Positions 8,501 through 17,342 of a DNA stretch of 64,000 nt are shown here, piece after piece (positions within the stretch are counted from its first letter, which is position 1; each line of letters starts with the position of its first letter). The notes under the pieces are model-generated. The model saw only the letters and a program-made list of their open reading frames with translations, did no database searches and was not told the DNA's origin. This stretch comes from an uncultured Desulfobacteraceae bacterium (GTDB lineage Bacteria; Desulfobacterota; DSM-4660; Desulfatiglandales; B25-G16). Location of the stretch: positions 89 to 64,088 of the forward strand of contig CAZSWT010000012.1 of NCBI GenBank assembly GCA_964611035.1, in the 5' to 3' direction. The position numbers and the translations under genes were made by a program.

Positions 8501-8619
8501 TAGTATAGGAAATCCCATTTTTTAGACAGGATAGACGGGATGTTCAGGATATAAAGAAAATCTTGTTAATCGTGTTAATCCTGTCGAAAAAGTTCCCCGA
8601 CATGTCGGGGCTAAGTACA
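8501..8619 (+). repeat. Structured repeat unit C (R1 family)
   Basis: Uninterrupted unit. It lacks the TAAGAAAA duplication of A and D and carries the CCCCGACATGTCGGGG hairpin. Confidence 0.85.
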
Positions 8620-8630
8620 TCGTAACTATT

Positions 8631-8780
8631 CAGCCACCAAGGCACAAAGACCCAAAGAAGAGATAAATATTATTGAATAACGTAGTTTTCTCATTAATTT
8701 CAATCCCGATTTATCGGGATTAAAAAAGCTATAATAAAGAATAATTCTCTAATCTTGGTGTCTTGGTGCCTTTGTGGCAA
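8631..8780. repeat. MITE-like element with ~30-nt imperfect inverted arms (R2 family)
   Basis: GCCACCAAGGCACAAAGACCCAAAGA...TCTTGGTGTCTTGGTGCCTTTGTGGC flank an AT-rich core containing the hairpin AATCCCGATTTATCGGGATT. Confidence 0.6.
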
Positions 8781-8806
8781 GATACCTAAGTAGATACAAT
8801 TTACCT

Positions 8807-9775
8807 ATGATTAATATAAATATTATAAGATATTTTATTTCTCTATTTTTTTGTCTCTTTCTTCTTTTTACCTTATCAGCCTGCTCTCCCACGGCAGAAT
8901 CAAATAAAACTGTAGTTATAAGAGTAGGAGATCGAGTAGTTACCGTTGGTGAAATAAAGAGAGAAGTACGCATTGCCTCAGTTGAAAATAAAGTTCCTCA
9001 GAAGGCAGTATGGTCATCTATCAATGAGCTTATAGATAGAATTGTGGATGACTCTCTTGTGCTTGAATATGGAGAAAAAAATGGTATTTTCTTAAATGAG
9101 ATTGAATTGGAAAAGGCTATACAAAATATTGTCAAGGATTATCCAGAAAATAGCTTTAATGAAATGCTTCTATCCAGGTGTATAGATTATAATGAATGGA
9201 AAGAGAGATTCAGCGAACATCTTTTAATTAAAGAGGTTGTAAAGGAGCAAACTGCGTCTCTGCCTCCTATTTCTTACCATGCGATAAAATCTTACTATCA
9301 GGAGAGGAAGGAGGATTTCTTGCATCCTTCAAGGTCCAAATTGGTGCATGTCGTTACTAAAACGAGAAAAGAGGCTGAGGCTATTCTCGCCCGCCTTAAA
9401 GGGGGAGAAGACATAAAAGAATTAGTTAAGGAACAATCTTCGGGCTCTGGAATCTATGGAAATTATGGTATACACTGGAAAGCCAAGTATATATTTCCTT
9501 CTCCCCTACCTGATATCATATTTACAATACCTGTTGGTGAAGTGAGCAGCATCATTAAAACCCCCTACGCCTTCCACATTATAAAAGTCCTCAAAAGGGA
9601 GCCACCAGGACTAAAAGATCTTTTGGAGGTAGAGGGTGAAATAGAAAATATGCTTCTTAATAAAGCAGTGGAAAGACGATATGCAGCCTGGCTTAAAGAA
9701 TTGAGGAATAATTATCCTGTTAAAGTCAACTACACCTTGTTAGATAAACTGAGTGCTGTTAATGAGAACGACTAA
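8807..9775 (+). CDS. Parvulin-type peptidylprolyl isomerase, SurA/PrsA-like lipoprotein
   Basis: Signal peptide with lipobox (LFTLSAC) and a PPIC-type domain (YAFHIIKV). I prefer the ATG at 8807, because the track start at 8774 lies inside the R2 repeat arm. Confidence 0.7.
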   Translation: MININIIRYFISLFFCLFLLFTLSACSPTAESNKTVVIRVGDRVVTVGEIKREVRIASVENKVPQKAVWSSINELIDRIVDDSLVLEYGEKNGIFLNEIELEKAIQNIVKDYPENSFNEMLLSRCIDYNEWKERFSEHLLIKEVVKEQTASLPPISYHAIKSYYQERKEDFLHPSRSKLVHVVTKTRKEAEAILARLKGGEDIKELVKEQSSGSGIYGNYGIHWKAKYIFPSPLPDIIFTIPVGEVSSIIKTPYAFHIIKVLKREPPGLKDLLEVEGEIENMLLNKAVERRYAAWLKELRNNYPVKVNYTLLDKLSAVNEND

Positions 9776-10736
9776 ATTAATTATTCTTTTTACGCTATTG
9801 CTTATTGTATTCACGTTAGCTCCTGGGTATCTCTTGGCCGAGATAACAAATAGAATTGTAGCGAGAGTTAATAGCGATATAATTACCCTCCATGATCTCA
9901 ATACCTCAATCAAAAGGTTAACCGGATCAAGTGCAAGGGATCTGCAATTAAAAAGCGAGAAAGAATTCTATGAGATACGCCGGGCTATTTTGGATAATCT
10001 GGTTAACGAAAAGATAACAGAACAAGAAATAATTAAATTGGGAATAAAAGTAACAGCAAAGGATGTAGAGGAAGCAATTGAAAAGGTGAAAAAGGAAAAT
10101 AATTTTACACAGGAGGAGTTGATTTATAGTCTAAAGCAGAAAGGGGTAAGCCTCAAGGAATATAAAGATGAGGTAGAAAAGGAGATTGAACGTTTTCGAT
10201 TAGTAAATTATGAGGTGAAATCAAAGATAGTTATAACCGAAGAGGAGATAAAAAAATATTACCAAACACATTCAAAAGAATATACTGAGGTCTCTAAAGT
10301 GAGGCTGGAGAGGATTTTCTTAAAGGTTAGAAGTCCAAATGATAAGGAAGAGATTGCTCGCGTAAAGTCCTTAGGAGTAGAGATATTGCAGAGGCTTAAA
10401 CAAGGCCACGATTTTTCCGAGATGGCAAAGACACATTCTCAGGGCCCAGCGGGTCCAGAGGGAGGTAATCTGGGTTGGATAAAAGCGAGCCAGCTTGAAC
10501 CCATATTAAGAAAAAAAATAGATAAACTTTCAGTTGGAGAACACACTGATTTAGATTTTGCTCCATCTGGATTTCAGATAATCAGGTTAGCAGAAGAGAA
10601 AAAAGGAGGGCTAAAACCTTTTGAAGAGATCCGGGATGCAATCTATTCCAAATTATTTAAGGAAAAAGTAGAAAAAAAATATGCTACATGGTTAAATAAG
10701 CTTAGAAAGGAGTCTTTTATAAAGGTTACATTTTGA
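9753..10736 (+). CDS. SurA-like periplasmic chaperone / peptidylprolyl isomerase
   Basis: Signal peptide, a SurA N-terminal-like region (NRIVARVNSDIITLHDLN) and a parvulin domain (GGNLGWIKASQLEP). Confidence 0.75.
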   Translation: MLLMRTTKLIILFTLLLIVFTLAPGYLLAEITNRIVARVNSDIITLHDLNTSIKRLTGSSARDLQLKSEKEFYEIRRAILDNLVNEKITEQEIIKLGIKVTAKDVEEAIEKVKKENNFTQEELIYSLKQKGVSLKEYKDEVEKEIERFRLVNYEVKSKIVITEEEIKKYYQTHSKEYTEVSKVRLERIFLKVRSPNDKEEIARVKSLGVEILQRLKQGHDFSEMAKTHSQGPAGPEGGNLGWIKASQLEPILRKKIDKLSVGEHTDLDFAPSGFQIIRLAEEKKGGLKPFEEIRDAIYSKLFKEKVEKKYATWLNKLRKESFIKVTF

Positions 10737-10737
10737 T

Positions 10738-11634
10738 ATGGACAAACCTTCTCACCAAAAAAAGGAAAAGGAAATACCAGAAGATATTAGCCTTGGTATT
10801 TTTTTAAAAAAATCCAGAGAAGAGCGCCATATTGAATTAGATGAAGTAGTTGAGGCTACAAGGATACAAAGACATAATCTTGAAGCAATAGAAAATGAGG
10901 AATGGAGTAAACTGCCTTCACAGGTTTTTATTAAAGGCTTTCTAAAATCCTATGCTGAATTTTTGGGAGTGGACAAAGAAACAGTCATACATCATTACCT
11001 AAGAACCTCATCTTTTGAAAAAACTACACCAGAAGCGCTAAAGAAAACAAGACCACAATTAGCCAAACCCTATCTTATCATCATTATTCCTGTTTTGGTT
11101 CTGGCCTTTTTTGTTGCTCTTATTTATCTAAATAAACGCAATATTTCAATTACTGACAAGGCATTTCAGTACCTTGGGACACAGAGCCCTGGAGAAAAAA
11201 TGGAGGGTATAGCAGAAAAAGAGGATAACAAAGAACAAGATGAGAGAGAAAAGGAAATACTTCTATTAGAAGATGAAGTAGTGGTAGAGGAGGTGAATAA
11301 AACCACTTTAAAATCTAAACCTGTTGATGATACCATAGTTCTTGAGGATTCGACTATTCCAATGACGAAAGAAGAAGAAAAAAAACCTCTATTGCCACGG
11401 TTTATCCTTACTGCCAATGTTAAAAGCCGGACGTGGATTGCTATCAGCATCGATGATACGTCGGTTAAGGAGTACCTTTTTCAGCCAGGGCAAAGTCCTC
11501 GATGGATGGCAGAAAAGGGCTTTAATATTTTGGTAGGTAATGCAGCTGGAATTGAGTTTTTCCTCAATGGAAAGGACGTTGGCAATCTCGGTGCGAAAGG
11601 ACAGGTAGTAAGGATAACACTTCCGGAAGGATAG
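10738..11634 (+). CDS. rodZ: RodZ-like cytoskeleton protein (HTH + TM + DUF4115)
   Basis: N-terminal XRE-type HTH, one TM segment, an acidic linker and a C-terminal DUF4115-like segment (VGNAAGIEFFLNGKDVG). Confidence 0.7.
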   Translation: MDKPSHQKKEKEIPEDISLGIFLKKSREERHIELDEVVEATRIQRHNLEAIENEEWSKLPSQVFIKGFLKSYAEFLGVDKETVIHHYLRTSSFEKTTPEALKKTRPQLAKPYLIIIIPVLVLAFFVALIYLNKRNISITDKAFQYLGTQSPGEKMEGIAEKEDNKEQDEREKEILLLEDEVVVEEVNKTTLKSKPVDDTIVLEDSTIPMTKEEEKKPLLPRFILTANVKSRTWIAISIDDTSVKEYLFQPGQSPRWMAEKGFNILVGNAAGIEFFLNGKDVGNLGAKGQVVRITLPEG

Positions 11635-11678
11635 AAGAGGTGTATTTTAAAATTAAGCTGATGATCCTGGGGGATTAA

Positions 11679-12914
11679 TTGAGAAATATATATGATATTT
11701 TTAAGGAAAGAGGTTTTATTGAACAGGTAACCGACGAAAATATGCTCAGGGAGCTTTTTGAAAAACCAATTACCTGTTATATCGGTTTTGACCCAACTGC
11801 AAAAAGCCTACATGTTGGTAGCTTGCTTCCTATTATGTCCCTTGCCCACATGCAGAGAGAAGGCAATAGACCCATAGCTTTGGTCGGGGGTGGAACATCA
11901 CTTGTGGGCGATCCCAGTGGAAGGGATGAAATTAGAACTGTTATGACAAGGGAGGAGATTGATATCAATGCTGAGGGTATTAAGAGACAACTATCCCACT
12001 TTATTGATTTTAATAATGGTAAAGCCCTTATGCTCAACAATGCTGACTGGCTTGCCCCTTTAAATTACATAGATTTTTTAAGAGATATAGGTAGGCATTT
12101 CAGTGTAAACAGGATGTTGACAGCCGAAAGTTACCGCCAGAGGATGGAGACTGGCCTCAGCTTTTTAGAATTTAACTACATGCTCCTTCAGGCTTATGAC
12201 TTCTGGTATCTTTTTAAAAACTATAACTGTCTCCTGCAGATGGGAGGGAACGATCAGTGGGGGAATATTTTAGCCGGTGCTGACTTGACGAGAAGAATTG
12301 AAGGCAAAAATATCCATGGAATTACCTTTCCCTTGATTACTACTGCAGATGGTTATAAAATGGGTAAAACCCAGAAAGGTGCCGTATGGCTTGACCCTGA
12401 GTTGACATCCCCATATGAATATTACCAATACTGGGTAAACATAGATGATAGGGACGTAAAAAGATTCCTTTCTTATTTTACCTTCCTTCCTATGGATGAG
12501 ATTGAAAATCTGTCCCGTCTAAAAGATGAGAAATTACGAGAGGCAAAGGATATTTTAGCATATGAGGCCACGAAAATATGTCACGGCGAAGAGGCAGCGA
12601 ATAATGCTCAAACCTCTGCCAGACAGCTTTTCAATAAAGGCATTATTAAGGATATCGGGGCAATTCCCACATACTCTTTGACAAGAAAGGATTTAGGTGA
12701 AGGAATTGAGGCCTATATTCTTTTTCAAAAAACTGGTCTATGTAAAACGAGAGGTGAGGCAAGGAGGTTAATATCCCAGAAGGGTGCATATATAAATGGG
12801 CAAACGGTTCCATCCTTTGAAACAATAGTTGGGCCGGAAGATATCCTGAGTAATATTATTTTGTTAAGAGCAGGGAAAAAGAAATACCTTAGAGTTCGAA
12901 TTCAAGACTCATAA
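11679..12914 (+). CDS. tyrS: Tyrosine--tRNA ligase
   Basis: HVGS (HIGH) and KMGKT (KMSKS) motifs, plus a C-terminal S4-like domain. Confidence 0.95.
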   Translation: MRNIYDIFKERGFIEQVTDENMLRELFEKPITCYIGFDPTAKSLHVGSLLPIMSLAHMQREGNRPIALVGGGTSLVGDPSGRDEIRTVMTREEIDINAEGIKRQLSHFIDFNNGKALMLNNADWLAPLNYIDFLRDIGRHFSVNRMLTAESYRQRMETGLSFLEFNYMLLQAYDFWYLFKNYNCLLQMGGNDQWGNILAGADLTRRIEGKNIHGITFPLITTADGYKMGKTQKGAVWLDPELTSPYEYYQYWVNIDDRDVKRFLSYFTFLPMDEIENLSRLKDEKLREAKDILAYEATKICHGEEAANNAQTSARQLFNKGIIKDIGAIPTYSLTRKDLGEGIEAYILFQKTGLCKTRGEARRLISQKGAYINGQTVPSFETIVGPEDILSNIILLRAGKKKYLRVRIQDS

Positions 12915-12977
12915 TTTGATTAGTTTACATCCAACCGCTATAGCTCACGTTCGTCCTCAACATTTCCATCAAGGAAT

Positions 12978-13967
12978 TTGCCTAATAAGTGGAAAAAAAT
13001 GAAAAAGAAAAAAAATAAAAGTGCTCAAAAAGAAATAGATGATCTATCTATTGATTCCCAGCATGATCGCACACCTGTTTCGAAAGAGCAGGAAGGCTCT
13101 TTGGTCGCCTATGATCCTTTGCAAATGTATTTATGGGAAATGCGGAGGTATACGCTTCTTACCAAAGCTGAAGAGATAGAGCTTGCTATTAGATATAGGC
13201 AAAAAAATGATCCGGAGGCGGCCCATAAGCTTATTCTATCCAATCTAAGATTAGTGGTAAAAATCGCAATGGACTTTCATAGGTATTGGATGAAAAACCT
13301 TATGGATTTAATCCAGGAAGGAAATGTCGGGTTAATGCAGGCAGTAAAGAAATTTGATCCATACAAAGGCATTAAATTTTCCTATTATGCCTCATTTTGG
13401 ATAAAGGCCTACATCCTTAAGTTTATCATGGAGAATTGGAAGTTAGTCAAGATTGGAACCACTCAGTCTCAAAGAAAACTTTTCTTCAATCTTGCAAAGG
13501 AAAAAGAGAGATTGCTATCTTTAGGGTATGACCCTGAACCCAAACTCCTTGCAGAGCGATTAGATGTAAAAAAAGATGAAATAGTAGAGATGGCGCAGCG
13601 ATTAGGTGGCTGGGAGGTTTCTCTTGATGCACCGGTTAAAGAAGGTGCTAAGCAAGATTATGGATCTTTTCTGCCCTCTCCAGAAATGGATATAGATCAA
13701 CAGATATCTGTAAAGGAGAGAAGAGATTTGCTCCGAGAAAAATTAGAGGAATATAGGAAAACCCTTGTAGGGAAACACAGGGATATATTTGATAATAGAA
13801 TATTGACCGAAGAGCCCTTAACCCTTCAGGAGCTTGGAGATAAACATAACATTTCCAGGGAAAGAGTTCGGCAGATTCAGGACAAGATCCTTAAAAATGC
13901 CAAGAAATGGTTGGTTGCAAATATACCCAATTTTGAGGAAGATTTCTCTGACCTTTTAAATGAATAG
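12978..13967 (+). CDS. rpoH: RNA polymerase sigma-32 (RpoH-type) factor
   Basis: Sigma-70 regions 2-4 and an RpoH-box-like QRKLFFNL. The exact start is uncertain (TTG at 12978 or ATG at 12999). Confidence 0.85.
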   Translation: MPNKWKKMKKKKNKSAQKEIDDLSIDSQHDRTPVSKEQEGSLVAYDPLQMYLWEMRRYTLLTKAEEIELAIRYRQKNDPEAAHKLILSNLRLVVKIAMDFHRYWMKNLMDLIQEGNVGLMQAVKKFDPYKGIKFSYYASFWIKAYILKFIMENWKLVKIGTTQSQRKLFFNLAKEKERLLSLGYDPEPKLLAERLDVKKDEIVEMAQRLGGWEVSLDAPVKEGAKQDYGSFLPSPEMDIDQQISVKERRDLLREKLEEYRKTLVGKHRDIFDNRILTEEPLTLQELGDKHNISRERVRQIQDKILKNAKKWLVANIPNFEEDFSDLLNE

Positions 13968-14138
13968 ACAATGTCACTGGTTAGTTGTCAATAGTCCATT
14001 ATATATCTATATCGTAGGCGTTCACGGGTTCACGGTTACTCTATATCTAAGTGCTTAGTTGAAATATAGAAATCATCATCTTTGCTGGTATTTAGTTGAA
14101 TTAATTGATTCGTCTATTCATTTCAACGGACATTACCA

Positions 14139-15887
14139 ATGAATAAAGTAATTAAAAAAATATCTATCTTATCTCTGTGTGTTTCAATGACACTTGCCCT
14201 GTCGTGTGTGGGTGTAGAAGAAAAGCTTCCCTCAAAGCAAGACGCTATTCTATCAAGAGAAATTAGCGATAAAAAAGATTTTTCCCTTTATGCCTATCAA
14301 AACTATGCCTTCGCCTGTATAGCGATAACAAATGGCGATTATAATGATGCGGAAGTCTATTTAAAAGATGCCCTGAAATATGACAAAGACTCCCCATATT
14401 TACTCATGAAATTGTCTGAAGTATTGGTTGAAAACGGTAAGATGGAGGATGCCTTACATTTTGCCGAAAAGACAGCTGACCTAACCCCTGATGATAGTAA
14501 GGCACGGGAGTTCCTGGCAGAAATTTACTCTCAGCTAAAGAAATTTGACCTGGCTATATCCCAGTATAGGGAAATCCTGAAAAAGGACCCAAATAACAGG
14601 GAAGCAAGGCTTTATCTATCGACACTCTATATCAGGTTGAAAAATTATGATTATGCACTGAATGAGCTATCCATTCTCATAAAGAATGAACCTGAGCTGA
14701 CAATAGCTCATTATTATAAAGGGAGGATAAATTTAGAACTCAAAGCATATAATAAAGCACAAGAGGCATTTAATAAGGTACTTGAAATAAATCCCAGATT
14801 CCTTCCAGCCCTTTTCGATTTGGCAACCCTGTTCAATAAAACAAATAACATTGATATGGAGATAAGAACCTATAATAAAATAGTGCATTTATATCCTCAT
14901 AATATAATAGCCAGGGAAAGACTTATTGCCCTTTACTACAAAATCGGTCAAGAGAAATCTGCTGAAGAGCATATGGAAGAGATGAAAAAGATATTAGACC
15001 CTGGGGATCTAAAAAGAAAAAGACTTGGTCTGATATACCTCAAATATGGAAAATTTAGTGAGTCTATTGCGGAACTTTCATCAATAGTGTCTGCATGGCC
15101 AGATGATCAGGAGGCGAGATATTATCTAGGAGCGGCTCTGGAAGAGGATGAAGATTTTGATAAGGCCTATCAAAACCTTAATCTTATTAATCCCGATAGC
15201 AGTTATTTTATAAATGCCAGGATGCGTATGGCCTATATTTTGGAAAGACAAAAAAAACTTGATCCGGCAATAAACCTCCTCAAGGAAACCATTACTCACG
15301 GGAAGGAAAACCCTCAACTATATTTGATGTTGGCCTCACTGTACGAAATCAAAGAGGAATTTCCTAATGCGATGGATATTTTAAAGGAAGGGCTAAAATC
15401 CAACAAAAACAATACTGGCCTTCTATACAGACTTGGCATTGTATTGGATAAGTTAAAAAGAAGTGAAGAGTGCATCCAACAAATGGAAATGGTAATAAAG
15501 ATAGACCCTAAGCATGCTGACGCCCTTAACTATATTGGCTATACCTATGCTGATAAGGGTATTTATCTTGATAAGGCTGAGGAGTTAGTTAAAAAAGCTC
15601 TGCAATTTAAACCCAAGAGCGGTTATATAATTGATAGCCTGGGATGGGTTTATTTTCGGAAAGGGCTTTACGATAAGGCCCTTATTGAGTTGAAAAAGGC
15701 TATCCAATTGGCCCCTGAAGATCCTGCCATTAATGAGCATCTCGGTGATGTCTATTTCAAAAAAAAAGAGTATGAAGAGGCCTTGAAGATTTATAAAAAG
15801 GCCCTTTCTTTACAGAATGCGAATCAGGAGGTCCTTAATAAAAAAATAAAAGATGTTATGGAGCATCTGAAAGGTAATGCGCCTTGA
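14139..15887 (+). CDS. TPR-repeat lipoprotein
   Basis: Signal peptide with lipobox (LALSC), then tandem TPR-like repeats throughout. Confidence 0.8.
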   Translation: MNKVIKKISILSLCVSMTLALSCVGVEEKLPSKQDAILSREISDKKDFSLYAYQNYAFACIAITNGDYNDAEVYLKDALKYDKDSPYLLMKLSEVLVENGKMEDALHFAEKTADLTPDDSKAREFLAEIYSQLKKFDLAISQYREILKKDPNNREARLYLSTLYIRLKNYDYALNELSILIKNEPELTIAHYYKGRINLELKAYNKAQEAFNKVLEINPRFLPALFDLATLFNKTNNIDMEIRTYNKIVHLYPHNIIARERLIALYYKIGQEKSAEEHMEEMKKILDPGDLKRKRLGLIYLKYGKFSESIAELSSIVSAWPDDQEARYYLGAALEEDEDFDKAYQNLNLINPDSSYFINARMRMAYILERQKKLDPAINLLKETITHGKENPQLYLMLASLYEIKEEFPNAMDILKEGLKSNKNNTGLLYRLGIVLDKLKRSEECIQQMEMVIKIDPKHADALNYIGYTYADKGIYLDKAEELVKKALQFKPKSGYIIDSLGWVYFRKGLYDKALIELKKAIQLAPEDPAINEHLGDVYFKKKEYEEALKIYKKALSLQNANQEVLNKKIKDVMEHLKGNAP

Positions 15888-15927
15888 TATTGCGTAAAAT
15901 ATGGAACAATCTTTTATTGTATAAGTT

Positions 15928-16035
15928 TAGCCACCAAGTCTCAAAGGCACGAAGAAATCATTACGTCTCTTATTAAAAATGATATTTAAAGAATTATATA
16001 ATAATCTTGGTGACTTGGTGTCTTTGTGGCTGAAC
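15928..16035. repeat. Second copy of the R2 MITE-like element
   Basis: GCCACCAAGTCTCAAAGGCACGAAGA...TCTTGGTGACTTGGTGTCTTTGTGGC. It overlaps the annotated start of the next ORF. Confidence 0.6.
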
Positions 16036-16809
16036 TATTACCTTTTATCATCTCTGTTTATTTTTCTTTTAGCCTTTCTTTTCGGATGTGCGTCTCTTGC
16101 ACCTTTCCCGCCTGCTAAACCTTTCTCTCAACAAGAGTCTGACCGAATTATTTCCAACCTACAAGATCAAGAGGAAAAAGTATCGAGCTTTCAAGGGATT
16201 GGAAAATTAAATGTAAAGAAAGGGGAAGAAGAAATAGAGGCAAATCTTTTTGCTGTTGGAAGTAATCCTTATAAAATCAGGCTCGAAATTACTCATCCCT
16301 GGGGAAAACCACTCCTTTACATCGTAGCTGATGAAAAAAGTATTTCAGTATTATCTCTGACTGATAAGAAATTTTTCAGGGGCCCACCACATTCTTTAGA
16401 CATAAAACAGTTTTTTCTATATGGTCTCGATCTGGATTTAGCATGGAAGATATTTTCTGGTAGTGTGCCAATACTATCTGCATCAGGCGGAACAGTGAGC
16501 TTGAAGCCAAATGAAATATCTCTTTATAATAAGCAGGGTGAGATTATAGAAACGATTTCTTTTTCTTCAAAAACCCTTCTGCCTCGATCCATCTATTTTC
16601 CAAAGAAAGGATTTAGCATACTTTTTTCGGAATTTGAGGAAGGAGATTTGGGACCTCACCCCTTAAAAATAAAGGTGTTAAAGGAAAATGAAGACCAATT
16701 AGTAGTGATAAGATATAAGAGTTTTACACTGAATAAACCAGTCCCTGAAGAGATTTTCCAATTGAATCCACCCCCAAGTTTTGAGATTGTTAATCTGAAC
16801 AATAGTTGA
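15979..16809 (+). CDS. LolB/DUF4292-like outer-membrane lipoprotein
   Basis: Lipobox LFGC, then a beta-rich LolB-like body (KIRLEITHPWGKPLLYIVADEKSISV). The true start is probably downstream of 15979, because the first codons are repeat sequence. Confidence 0.55.
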   Translation: MIFKELYNNLGDLVSLWLNYYLLSSLFIFLLAFLFGCASLAPFPPAKPFSQQESDRIISNLQDQEEKVSSFQGIGKLNVKKGEEEIEANLFAVGSNPYKIRLEITHPWGKPLLYIVADEKSISVLSLTDKKFFRGPPHSLDIKQFFLYGLDLDLAWKIFSGSVPILSASGGTVSLKPNEISLYNKQGEIIETISFSSKTLLPRSIYFPKKGFSILFSEFEEGDLGPHPLKIKVLKENEDQLVVIRYKSFTLNKPVPEEIFQLNPPPSFEIVNLNNS

Positions 16810-16890
16810 TTTAGTAGTCAAAAAGTTGAGTGGTTGAATCGTTATTAACTTAGCGACTCAACTCAAAATAATCGTAATAATTCACCTGGA

Positions 16891-17040
16891 AAAATATTTT
16901 GACAGGATTACAGGCCCGCCCTGGCGCGACAGAAAAAGCTTCGTTTAGAATTAACCGTGTTAACCATTAGATACTGGGTATTGATAGCAGTTGCTGTTGT
17001 AATCAGGTCTGGGCCAGGGATAGACAAGATTTCGATCTCC
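16891..17040 (-). repeat. Degenerate R1-type unit in reverse orientation carrying the nested element
   Basis: TTTTGACAGGATTA|CAGGCCCGCCCTGGCGCGAC...AATCAGGTCTGGGCCAGG|GATAGACAAGATTT matches the reverse complement of unit B with its insert. Confidence 0.55.
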
Positions 17041-17342
17041 TCTATACTCTCTCGATTTGGTAGATCTAAATTCTAATGATCGCTTAAAAGCCCCGCTTAA
17101 TGGCGGGGGTCCCGATGAAACTTCATCGGGACCAATGTGGAGGTCCTTTAGAGGTAAATAAGCTCGCTTATTTTCTTCCCAAAGGACACTCCATATGTAA
17201 CTTTGAAGCGATACTTATAATAGGGGATCAACAGAATGAGGACAATTATCCTGTCATTCCTGTTTATCATGTCAAAAGATAGGTGAACTGTTACAAATAA
17301 TCTACGTTACCTAAAGTTAACACAACAGACACGATAAACCCA

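Noticed and set aside
7128-8619. CRISPR array interpretation of the tandem R1 units
   Set aside because: The units are ~120 nt and directly abut each other without unique spacers. No cas genes are in the window.
17100-17282. 60-aa ORF in the 16.8-17.3 kb gap
   Set aside because: It is a translation of hairpin repeat modules (CCCCGCTTAATGGCGGGG, CCCGATGAAACTTCATCGGG). It has no RBS.
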